Positions 53,755 to 64,000 of a DNA stretch of 64,000 nucleotides are shown one piece after another. Under the pieces are notes generated by a model. It worked only from the letters and a program-made list of their open reading frames with translations. It searched no databases and had not been told where the DNA came from. How positions within the stretch are numbered: the stretch's first letter is position 1; the number at the start of each line of letters is the position of its first letter. The position numbers and the translations under genes are program-made. Origin of the DNA: the human T2T-CHM13v2.0 reference genome, Homo sapiens; NCBI RefSeq assembly GCF_009914755.1, contig NC_060929.1, one strand, 5' to 3'.

Positions 53755-54110
53755 GTCTTAGTTTGGATTCCTCAGAAAACAGAGCCTAAGGTAGAAGGTT
53801 ATGTGATGCTATTTTGCTAGGAAGTGAGCCCCAGTGGGCAGGAGTGAAGGAAAGGAGAGCAGGACAGGGAGGTAAGGGGAGGTGATGCCAGGAAGCATGA
53901 TGGAACTCACCACTGCTGACTGATGTTGATGGCCCCGTCAGCAGGACTTTGTCCCCAAGAAGTTATATCAGCTGCTTCTCATTATGAGGAAAAAAGGGCA
54001 GAATTTATTCACTGGCTCCTAGCCTCTGTTAGTCTCTTAGGGTATAGACTCTTCCACACCTCCAAGTTGCCCTTAAGTGAGCATGAACCCAGAGTTGAGT
54101 GCCCTGGAGG
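53755..54110 (-). mobile_element. LTR16/LTR33-type ERVL LTR
   Basis: tgtcttagtttggattcctcagaaaacagagcctaag... reverse LTR end. Confidence 0.55.
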
Positions 54111-55379
54111 AATCAACAAGGAATTACAGGGCTGGAGATGAGAGATGTGTGCATAGGCAGCAGGTGATGGGCTGTCAGCTTGCACCTGAAATGAGGCAGA
54201 ATCCATGCAGTGAGAGAGGGTCTAAAGTGGTTCATAAGAGAGGTCTCATGCACATATACTCTACCATGACATTGGATTTCCAAATGGAGCAGAAAGTCAG
54301 AAATCATTCACATGAAAGCCATAGAGCCATCTACAACTTGGAGATCATGGATTGCTTCTGAAAGAATTATGCCACCTCTACCACAGCATTTAGAGTGTAT
54401 AGGAGTATATATACTCACACTAACCTGAATTCGTCTCATACAGTGATAATATACATGATCCAACTCAATACAATTCACCTGTAAAAAGCAGCTCATGTAT
54501 CACATCCCTCTGGAAAGTCTTCCCTAATTCTCTCCCTTACTCCTGCCGTTGGGTTAGGGACCTCCCTCTATGTTCTGATAACGTCCTATGCATAGATCTC
54601 TGCCATTACCCTTTTCATCTTATGTTATAATTATTTGCTAATATGTCAGTCTTCCCCCAAAAGAATGTGAGATTCTTAAGGGAGGGAACTGCTGTCACAG
54701 GTCTTTGAATCCCCAGCATAGTGTTGTATACCTTAGCATGTATTAGGTACTGAAGGCATACAGTGTAAGGAAGGGGAAGTTGGAAGTGTTGGAGGAGTGG
54801 AGGCCTGAAACAGTCATTGTGGGAAGTGGAAGAGGGAGCAGTCCAGAGTCCAGAGAATCAGGAAGACTGTACAGGCAGTGCTGAGGGCGCACCTGTGGCT
54901 GGCGGCTGTGAGGTCATGATGGAAATTATCTATTCACCTGTGTGACTTTCTCCACTAACACCTAACTGGAGAGGAGAGGGCAAGTTTGAACCACATGTTG
55001 CAGATTTTGATGAGTGCTGTGACCAGGAGGTCAGGAAATAATAATTTAACAGGATATTAAATGGTATTTCCTGCTGTCTCATAGTTTCGGCTGAGACCCC
55101 AATCTATGGATAATGGGTATAAATGTTTGCAAATTCAAAAGAGAAGTAGTGTCAGTTATATTCAGGACTTACCAAGAGGTGGGCAAAAATCAGTCCTGCA
55201 CCCTTTAGCCTATTGCCCATCTCTAGGCTATAAAAGAAAAGATAAAATATTTTTTCAGAGAAAAATTCTTTAAAGAAAATTGTCATTCTGGAAAAAAGCA
55301 TTATGGCACTTCCTCTCACCTTTCCACTACCCTCAACCCAAACGAGAGGGCTCTCTTGGCCCAGTAGTCTCATGAGGCC

Positions 55380-56018
55380 TGTGATTGGCAGAATTCTAAG
55401 ATGATGCCTGCCCCACTCCAAGACCCCATGCCCTTGTATAATCTCCTTCCCTTGAGTGCAGATGAGACCTATAGCTATGAGGGCCATCACTCCCATGATT
55501 ATATTACATTAAGTGATGAAAGAGATATTTGCAGATATAATTAAAGTCCTAGTCAAGTTCATCAAAGGGAAGCTTATCATGAGTGGGCCTGACCTAGTGA
55601 GGTAAGCTCTTAAAAGGGTGTCTAATGGTCTCAGATGTTCTCTTCCTGCTCTACAAGAAAACAGACAGCCATGCTGTAAACTGTCTATGGGGTCCAAGTG
55701 ACAAGAAATAGTGAGTGACCTCTAGAAGCTGACAGCAATCCCCAGTTGACAGCTAGCAAGAAAACAAGGACCTTAGTCCTACAGCTGCAAGGAAATGAAT
55801 TCTACCAACAAGCAATGAGCTTGAAAAAGGACCCAAAGTCTTAGGTGCAAATCACAGTTCCAGCTAACAGCTTGATTTCAACATGGTGAGACCCTTAGCA
55901 GAGGACTCAGCTAACTGCTACCAGGCCTTCTGACCCATAAAAACTGTGAGATGATATATTTGTGTTGTTTTAAGCTGCTAAGCTTGTGGTAATTTTTTAC
56001 TCAGCAATGGAAAATGAA
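55380..56018 (+). mobile_element. MaLR solo LTR (MLT1E-like)
   Basis: tgtgattggcagaattctaagatg...ctcccatgattatattaca...gtcctacagctgcaaggaaatgaattct...tgtgttgttttaagctgctaag. Confidence 0.85.
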
Positions 56019-56115
56019 AATGGCGCCTAAGGAAAATGTGGTGAAAATTCTTGGGAAATATTCATGCCTGTCCCTTAGGGTTGGAGAATGACAAAGGCTA
56101 ATGCCTCATACTCAC

Positions 56116-56434
56116 CTGGAAAAGTCTGAGGGTGACTGGTTGCCTGAAACTGTTATCTGCAATGGCATGGGAAGAAGAGAAGGCAGCAGGGTATGTATTT
56201 ATTCTGAAGCCAGCAGGGTATGTATTTATTCTGAGCCAAGTTGTCCCTGCTGAAGTAGCAAGGAATGAGATTTCTCAAAAAGACTCCTGGTAGAACTGCC
56301 TGCTGGGGAAAGGTGCTCCCAGCAGAACAGGGTTGAAGGTGTCCATCAGAGGAGTAGTGTAAGAGATCAGCTGGAGAGGGCCTTCCCTGGCGAGCAAAGT
56401 GAGGTAGGAGGTCTGCTGAGTGGTGGGAGCATCT
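56116..56434 (-). ncRNA. Candidate minus-strand exon, non-coding
   Basis: Minus-strand acceptor tttctgtgtgttcttcag| before 56434 and perfect donor CAG|GTGAGT after 56116; unique sequence between two repeats. Confidence 0.3.
56184..56234. repeat. 27-bp-period tandem duplication
   Basis: cagcagggtatgtatttattctga occurs at 56184 and 56211. Confidence 0.95.
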
Positions 56435-56494
56435 CTGAAGAACACACAGAAACTCTCCACAAGAGAAACAACCAGCAATAAGACATATGACTTG

Positions 56495-56900
56495 CACAGG
56501 AAGACAAGTACTGCATGATCTCACTCATATGTGGGATCTATAAAAAGTGGTTCTCAAAGAAGTACAGAGTAGAATGGCAAATACCAGAAGATAGGAAGGG
56601 TGGGGGGAGGAGAGAATGGTGAGCGATTGGTCAATGAATTCAAAGCTACAGTTAGACAGGAAGAATAAGTTCTGGATTCTATTAGGAGAGTGACTAGAGT
56701 TCACAATAATGTATTGTGTATTACAAAATAGCTAAAAGAGACATTTTTAAATATTTTCACCACAAAGAAATGATAAATGATTAATGATTAAGGTGCTATG
56801 TTAATGACCCAGATTTGATCATTGCACAATTTATACATGTATTGAAACATAATGTTCTCCATAAATATGTATAATTATTATGTGTAAATTATTTTTAAAA
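56495..56900 (+). mobile_element. L1MA-type 3' end
   Basis: acaagtactgcatgatctcactcatatgtgg...agttagacaggaagaataagttctgg...caccacaaagaaatgataaat...gatttgatcatt. Confidence 0.85.
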
Positions 56901-56974
56901 AGACATCTGCCTTGACAGAGGACACTGACGGCCATGTAATTTCAGCACCAGTCAAGTAAGAAAGTGCCCATCCC

Positions 56975-57145
56975 CAAGGACATTTGCAACAATAACACTT
57001 TTGGTTATTACAGTGGGAAATAAGGTGGGGATGGGGCCTGCTACTAGCATCTAGGAGTAAAACCCAGGTTGCTAAACATCCTATAACGTGTAGGACAACC
57101 CCCGACAATAAAGTCCAAAATGCAAAAAGTGCTGAGGTTGGTAAA
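56975..57145. mobile_element. MER20 fragment
   Basis: gctactagcatctag...gctaaacatccta...ggacaacccccgacaa...agtgctgaggttg. Confidence 0.7.
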
Positions 57146-57327
57146 ATCTCAAATCCCTTCCTCCCCTGCCTTGAATAAGCCCAAGGCAGCAAAGAGAGTG
57201 AGGGAAGAGATAGGTAGAGGACAAGAAAAGACTTCACCTCACTTCTGTAGTGCCATCCTGCAGAATTTCAGTGCCATCCCATGAAGAGAGAGGGGGGCAG
57301 CTTTGAACTGAATGAGAGACGCAAATG

Positions 57328-59715
57328 CAGGCATACCTCAGTGATACTGTAGGTTCAGTTCCAGAGCGCCACAATAAAGCAAGTCACATGAATTTTTTGG
57401 TTTTCCAGTGCATATAAAAGTTATGTTTACACTATACTTTAGCCTACTATGTGTGCAATAGCATTATGTTTAAAATTGTACATATCTTAACTTTAAAATT
57501 CTCTATTGCTAAAAAAAATGCTACGATAATCTGAGCCTGCAGTAAGTTATAATCTTTTTGCTGGTGGAAGGTCTTGCCTTGATGTTGATGATGGCTGACT
57601 GATCAGGGTGGTGGTTGCTGAAGGTTGGAGTGACTGTGGCAATTTCTTAAAACATGACAAGAATGAAGTCTGCCACATTGATCATCTCTTTCTTTCACAG
57701 AAGATTTCTCTATAGCATGTAATGCTGTTTGATAGCATTTTCCCCAGAGTATAACTTCTTTCAAAATTGGAGTTAGTCTTCCCAAATCCTGCCACTGCTT
57801 TATCAACTCAGTTTATGTAATACCCCAAATCTTTCACTGTCATTTCAACAGTGTTCACAGCACCTTCACCAGGAGTAGATTCCATCTCAAGAAACAATGG
57901 TCTTTGCTCATCCACAAGAAGCAGCTCCTCATCTGTTGAAGTTTTATCATGAGATTGCAACAAGTCAGTCACATAGTTTCCACTTCTAATTCTAGTTCTC
58001 CTGCTATTTTCACCACATCTGCAGTTACTTCCTCCACTAAAGTCTTGACCCCTCAAAGTCATCCATGAGAATTGGAATCAACTTCTTCCAAACTCCTGTT
58101 AATGTTGATATTTTGACCTCCTCCCATGAATCAAATTTTTAATGGCATCTAGAATGGTGAATTCTTTCCATAAGGTTTTCAATTTACTTTGCTCAGATCC
58201 ATCAGAGGAACCATTATCACTGGCAACTATAGCCTTACAAGACGTATTTCTTAAAAATAAAACTTGAAAGTTGAAATTACTGCTTGATCCATGGGCTGCA
58301 GAATGGATATGTTAGCAGTCATGAAAACAACATAAATCTCCTTGTACATCTCCATCAGAGCTTTTGGGTGACTAGGTGCATTGTTAATGAGCAGTAATAT
58401 TTTAAAAGGAATCTTTTTGTCTGAGCAGTAAGTCTCAACAGTGGGCTTAAAATATTTAGTAAATCATTCTGTAAATAGACGTGCTGTCATCCAGGCTTTG
58501 TTGTTCCATTTACAGAGCACAAGCAGTGTAGATTAAGCATAATTCTTAGGGGTCCTAGGATTTTCAGAATGGTAAATGAGCATTAGCTGCAACTTAAAGT
58601 AACCAGCTGCATTAACCTCTAACAGAAGAGTCAGCCTGTCCTTTGAAGATTTAAAGCCAGGCACTGACTTCTCCTCTCTAGCTATGTAGGTCCTAGATGG
58701 CATCTTCTTCCAATAGAAGCTGTTAAAAATCTGTTATTTAGTGTAGCCACCTTCATCAACAATCTTAGCTAGATCTTCTGGATAACTTGCTGTAGCTTTT
58801 AGATCAGCATTTGCTGCTTCACCCTGCACTTTTAGGTTATGAAGATGGCTTCTTTCCTTGAACCTCATGAGCCAAATTCTGCTAGCTTCAAAGTCTTCTT
58901 CTGCAGCTTTCTCACGTTTCTCAGCCATTATAGAATTGAAGAGAGTTAGGGCCTTGCTCTGGATTAGGCTTTAGTTTAAGGGAAGGTTGTGGCTGGTTTG
59001 ATCTTCTTTCCAGACCACTCAAACTTTCTCCATATCAACAAAAAAGCTGTTTCATTTTCTCATCATTCCTGTCTCCACTGGAGTAGCACTTTTAATTTCC
59101 CTCAAGAACTTTTCCTTTGCATTCACAAGTTAGTTACTTTGGAGCAAGAGGCCTAGCTTTTTGCCTACCTCAGCTTTCAATATGCCTTCATCACTAAGCT
59201 TAATCATTTCCAGCTTATGATTTAAAGTGAGAGATGTGTGACACTTCTTTCCATTTGAACACTTAGAGGCCATTATAGGGTTATTAATTGGCCTAATTTC
59301 AATATTGTTGTGTCTCAGGGAATAGGAAAGCTGGAGGAGAGGGAGAGAGATGGGGAAACAATTGGTTAGTGGAGTAGTCAAAACACACACATTTATCGAT
59401 TAAGTTCACCATACCATCTTATACAGGTATGGTTCGTGGTGCCATTCATGGCACCTCAAAACAATTATAGTGGTAACATCAAAGATCACTGATCACAGAC
59501 CATGATAACAGATATAATAATAATGAAAAAGTATGAAATAGGGCAAGAATTACCAAAATGTAACACAGAGACGCAAAGTGAACACAGGCTGCTGGAAAGA
59601 TAACACCTGTGGATGTGCTTGCTTGATGCAAGTTTGCCTTGAACCTTCAATTTGTAAAAAACACAATCTCTGAGAGGCACAATAAAACAAAGCACAATAA
59701 AACAAGATGTGCCTA
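57328..59715 (-). mobile_element. Full-length Tigger1 (TcMar-Tigger) with decayed transposase
   Basis: Both termini resemble the CAGGCATACCTC TIR; length about 2.39 kb; minus ORFs give [43 protein letters not shown] and [30 protein letters not shown] (pogo/CENP-B-type HTH). Confidence 0.95.
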
Positions 59716-60087
59716 TATTGATGGGACTTTTCAGTACCCCAAAATGAGACTTTGCTGTAGCAAAGCTACGGAAGTCCAAGATGGCATCAGGACAGAGTCA
59801 GGGAAATACAACTGAGTGTGTTTAAAAGCAGTTGGTAGAAATTTCCCCAGTGCTGCCCGCTGGGTTCAGCTATTATGGTGTGACAATAGTCACAGATCCA
59901 CAGAGGCTATAGTGTAACTGAATAGGTCCACACTCAAAGAAACAGAATGTTACAGGAAAAGAGAAGTATCAGTGAGGAACAAGAAAAATGTCCATTGTCT
60001 TAGGTCAGGTTCCCTAGAAGTAGAGCCTTAATCAGGGATTCTTGTGCAAAAGGGTCGGTGAGAGAGTGAGACCAGGTGAAATCCCTT

Positions 60088-60540
60088 CTATTCATTTACC
60101 AGCGCTGCCATGACAAAGTACCATCAACTGGGTGGCTTGAAACAAGATAACTTCATTGTCCCACAGTTCTGGAGGCTAGAAGTCTAAAATCAAGATGTCT
60201 ACAGGACTGGTTCCTTCTGCGGGCTCTGAGGGAGAATCTGTTCCGTGCCCCTTTCCTAGCTTCCAGTGACGGCCAACAATCCTTGGTGTTCCATGACTTG
60301 TAGCTGCATCACTCCAATCTCTGCCTCCATTTTCACGTGGCACTCTCTCTGTGCCCCTGTGTCTTTACCTTATATAGACACCAGTCATATTGTATTAGGA
60401 ACCCACCCTGCTCCAGTATGACCTCATTTTAATTAATTATATCTGCAAGGACCCTATTTTCAAATGAGGTCACATTCTGGGGTACTGGGGATTAGGACTT
60501 CAACATATCTTTTTTGGGAAACACAATTCAACCCATAATA
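60088..60540 (-). mobile_element. MaLR solo LTR (MLT1C-like)
   Basis: gctgccatgacaaagtaccatcaactgggtggcttgaaac...ggctctgagggagaatctgttcc...acacaattcaacccataa. Confidence 0.88.
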
Positions 60541-60800
60541 CCCCTTAAGGGAATGGGGGTGCAGCATAGGGCAGGGGAGGAATCTGAACAAGATATGAGT
60601 TTAGCTCAGTTCTAGCCCCATCCTGATCCCACCAGGAGCTCCAAAGTCTGAATGGCATCACAAAGTCATTCCCTTAAAAGGGATGGAGAGAGCATCCTTT
60701 TGCAACCCCTGAATTGGCCAACCATTGGCTGCAGGTAGTCCCTGACAGGAAAATCTATCAACCCAGGTGTTTCTGGTTAGGGTTTCCATTCACCTGAGGG

Positions 60801-60959
60801 CAGTTGTTGTCTAACGTTACTGTGCATCAGGAACACAGATGGCTGGATCCCAATCCCAAGTTTCTGAGTCAGTAGGTAGGGCCTGAGAATTTGCATTTAT
60901 AACAAATTCCCAGATGATGCTCTGCTGCTGGTCCCAGGACCACACTTTGAGAACCACTG
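60801..60959. mobile_element. MER5A
   Basis: gggcctgagaatttgcattt.taacaaattcccagatgatgct...ggaccacactttgagaaccactg. Confidence 0.85.
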
Positions 60960-62176
60960 ATGCAGGGCAAAAATTCTTAAAGGGGCAGTTGTGAGTAGCC
61001 AGTGGCCAACACTTAGAGCAGTGAGGGGCTGGGGTGGGTGCACTGGAGGGTAAAGGGAACCCGGGCAGAGCAGCAACAGTGTAGTAACTACACTATTCTT
61101 CTTCACAAAGTTGAGGTAAGTGGGGAGTGGGAAAATAAACCCAGAATGGCTGCAAGGGAATTGGTGTCCTTAGGACAGAGCCAGATTTTTGTTACAGCAA
61201 AGAGGAGATCAACTCCTACAAAAAGAGGTTGTGAAAAGAGGGATGATACCAGTGTAGACTGCCAGGTTGTCTGGATAAAAAAGCCAGAAAAAGGAGTTTC
61301 TATTTTTCAAACAATCGGTGAGACACGTGGGGTGTACAGGAATAATGCAGGTGATTTTAAAACTACAGAATCTTTCTTGGATCTCCCCTGTGTGCCTCGT
61401 GACCAAATTGGCTACCAACGCCAATTCATTCCTTTTTTTCCAACTCTAGGAGTCATTGAGTGGCTAACAACTATGCAGCCACACCACTCAGTCATCTAGA
61501 GGGCCTGAAGAATCCCATCAAGTGTGCTACAGTCTGTTTATTTAACTGGTAGAGACAAAGCTTTATGGCAGCTTTAAGCTGCGGCTGAAGCTTAACTATA
61601 TGGCCCTTCTAGTAAGAGAGTTATCGAAGATTGTATAAAATTGCACCAATTTTACTGAAGCCGAGAAAATGTTCTGTGGTTAGAAGGGGAAAAGATATTT
61701 CAAATGCATTATATAAAAGACAAATTAAAATAGACAATTTAAAGAAAGGGGTAACACTAAGTAAAGGGAGCACAAAATGGATTATCCTTGATATCCACAG
61801 AGGTTGCTTGAAAAAGAATCTGGGAATAAATATGAATTAATTTAATAGCATCAGACTAAATTATGAAACTAAATGTTTAGAAAGTAGCAGAATGTCTTCA
61901 CGTTAAAAGCAAAGAAGAGAAAGGATTTCAAAGAACTACATTTCAAGCTGAATGGAAAGCAGATGGAAAAGCCCATATGAAACAAGGAAGCTTCCCCTTG
62001 GGGAAGCATATCCTTAAGAGATTCACAGATTTTGAAATTGGGAGTCACATCTTTATTAGGCAGCCACCCAAGGAAGCCTTATGGGAAAAAAGGCTTTAAA
62101 AGTTGGGATTTTCTAATGTTTATAATCTTGCATTGGAAGGCTATTTTACCTTTTATTCTTTACATAAAGAAAAATA

Positions 62177-62305
62177 GGCTGGGTGTGGTGGCTCATGTCT
62201 GTAACCCCAACACTTTGGGAGGTCGAGGCAGGAGGATCACCTGAGGCCAGGAGTTCAAGGCCAGCCTGGGCAACATCACAAGACCCTGTCTCTACAAAAA
62301 TATTT
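62177..62305 (+). mobile_element. Alu monomer (FLAM or isolated left arm)
   Basis: Single left arm ending ctctacaaaaa; no right arm. Confidence 0.85.
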
Positions 62306-62909
62306 AAAAGAAAAATGCATTCTCACTGTAGAAATTTTAGAAAATACAGAGTATTTATACTTTTGGAAGTTTGTACTAGTAGTAGTAGTACTCCTAAAAG
62401 CATGAAGAAGAAAATAACTTGTATTCATCACCCCTTCATGGAAACAAAACCATGGAATATACAATTTTTTCTTCATTATAATAGAGATTGTGTTGTTTTT
62501 AACCACCTGTGTCCCAATTTTCTCACTTAACACCATATCATAAACTTTTTCAATATATAAAGGGATTGGTCTTTTTCATTTACATAAGTGAGCTTTGTTT
62601 ATACGTCTGATAACTTACGATGCTAAATGACAAAGAGTGTTATCAAGAAAATCCAGAGTTCCCACACTGGTATCAAAAGCTAGAGCCAAAAAAGGCTGCT
62701 ATATTTTGATACCAACGCCAGATGGGACAAGTGTAGAAAACAACAGTTACATCTCTGTATTGATCTGTGTCTTGCAATAATCTGTCCATGTTCTAGAAAC
62801 TCCTACTCAATAATACAATAAGTGTATTGTACTTATTACCAAACTCAATAATACAATAAGTGAAGCTCTTTTAAATAGTCTCTTTTAGTTTGAGCTATCA
62901 TACCTATAC

Positions 62910-62910
<1 letters not shown>

Positions 62911-62958
<48 letters not shown>
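62911..62958. repeat. (TAGA)12 tetranucleotide microsatellite
   Basis: Read directly. Confidence 0.95.
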
Positions 62959-62959
<1 letters not shown>

Positions 62960-62987
62960 GTACCCAATAAAGATACAATATATATAT

Positions 62988-63306
62988 ATTTTTTAGACAG
63001 AGTCTTGCTCTGTGTCCCAGCCTGGAGTGCAGTGGCACGATCTTGGCTCACTGCAACCTCCGCCTCACAAGTTCAAGTGATTCTCCAGCCTCAGCCTCCC
63101 CAGTAGCTGGGACTATAGGTATGCGCCATCACACCTGGCTATGGTTTTGTTTTTGGTATTTTTTGTTTTTGTTTTTTGGTATTTTCAGTAGATATGGAGT
63201 TTTGCCACATTGGCCAGGCTGGTCTCGAACTCCTGACCTCAGACGATCAGCCCTCCTTGGCCTCCCAAAGTGCTGGGATTACACGTGTGAGCCACTGAGC
63301 CCGGCT
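62988..63306 (-). mobile_element. Alu (AluS) with lengthened middle A-rich linker
   Basis: Reverse Alu; linker expanded as ggttttgtttttggtattttttgtttttgttttttggtattttc. Confidence 0.92.
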
Positions 63307-63577
63307 TCAATTTTGAATCCTATTTTTTTCCAAAATGAAAGTATATTAACTTTGTTGGGTTTTGTTTTTGGATTATAAAAGCAATGTATGCTCTGTGTTG
63401 AAGAAATAGTAATGGAATAGACTGGATCAACTGAATAAAGTAAAATAATAGAAAATACAAACATGTTTTAAAAAAAAAAAGATCACTAGTAATCCAAACA
63501 TCCGAAGATAAACACTGCTAACATTTTTGTACATGGCAAAATAATATCATCTCTTTAGCTAACTTACTAAGAGAGTA

Positions 63578-63750
63578 GAGAGTAGTGGTTAAGAGCAAAG
63601 ATTCTGGTGTCAGCCCGCCTGGATTCAAATCCCAGCTCTACCATTCTGTGATCTTAGCCAAGCTACTTCACCACTCTGCACCTCAGCCTACAGGGCATTA
63701 AATGAGTTAACACAAGCAATTAGAATATATCAGTTAGGAACTATTATTTA
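63578..63750 (+). mobile_element. MIR SINE
   Basis: agtggttaagagca.agattctgg..tcag..cgcctggattcaaatcccagctctacca. Confidence 0.85.
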
Positions 63751-64000
63751 CGTTAAGCAAATATATCCTTACTGACTTGGGAGATAGCATAAAAGGACAA
63801 TCCAAATCATGTGAGCAATTCTGCCCATCCTTCCAACTCAATGAGCATATGCCTTGAATGAATGTGAAATAGGAGATACAAATCTGCAGTTCCTCCAGTA
63901 GGACTGTTCCCAGCTACTTCTGTGGGGGAATCTCATGTTTAAAGATAAGAATTTTTTCTACAACATGGCCTCTAAACACAAGCCAACTACTTCATCTGGC

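Larger units (their letters stand above)
59995..61040 (-). mobile_element. LTR16-type LTR split by nested MLT1 and MER5A insertions
   Basis: tgtcttaggtcaggttccctagaagtagagcct...gggattcttgtgcaa at 59996; LTR-like text resumes near 60545 and 60965. Confidence 0.55.

Noticed and set aside
61038-61499. 153-aa ORF in apparently unique sequence
   Set aside because: Non-ATG start, begins in an LTR remnant, no recognisable homology or clear exon boundaries; PhyloCSF or Ribo-seq would be needed.

Overview
Primate (human-like) nuclear DNA: it carries AluJ/S/Y, a 5'-truncated L1PA, many MIR/L2 fragments, MaLR and ERVL LTRs, MER5/MER20 and a full-length Tigger1. I find no credible protein-coding gene. 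The long ORFs are either transposon-derived or GC-rich artefacts of the CpG island. Main landmarks: (1) a decayed but structurally near-complete ERV-L-class provirus on the minus strand at about 5.05-11.12 kb, with two LTRs, a tRNA-Leu-type PBS and gag/pro/RT/dUTPase remnants; (2) a CpG island promoter candidate at about 42.4-43.5 kb with a + strand splice donor; (3) isolated exon-like segments suggesting spliced non-coding RNA(s); (4) motif-dense candidate enhancers (AP-1, NF-kB, ISRE, TEAD) and a strong CTCF motif; (5) several short locally templated duplications and inversions not explained by repeat families. I did not find a convincing novel biological system. The local duplications and the ancient provirus are the most unusual items. 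Repeat subfamily names and boundaries were assigned by eye and are approximate.
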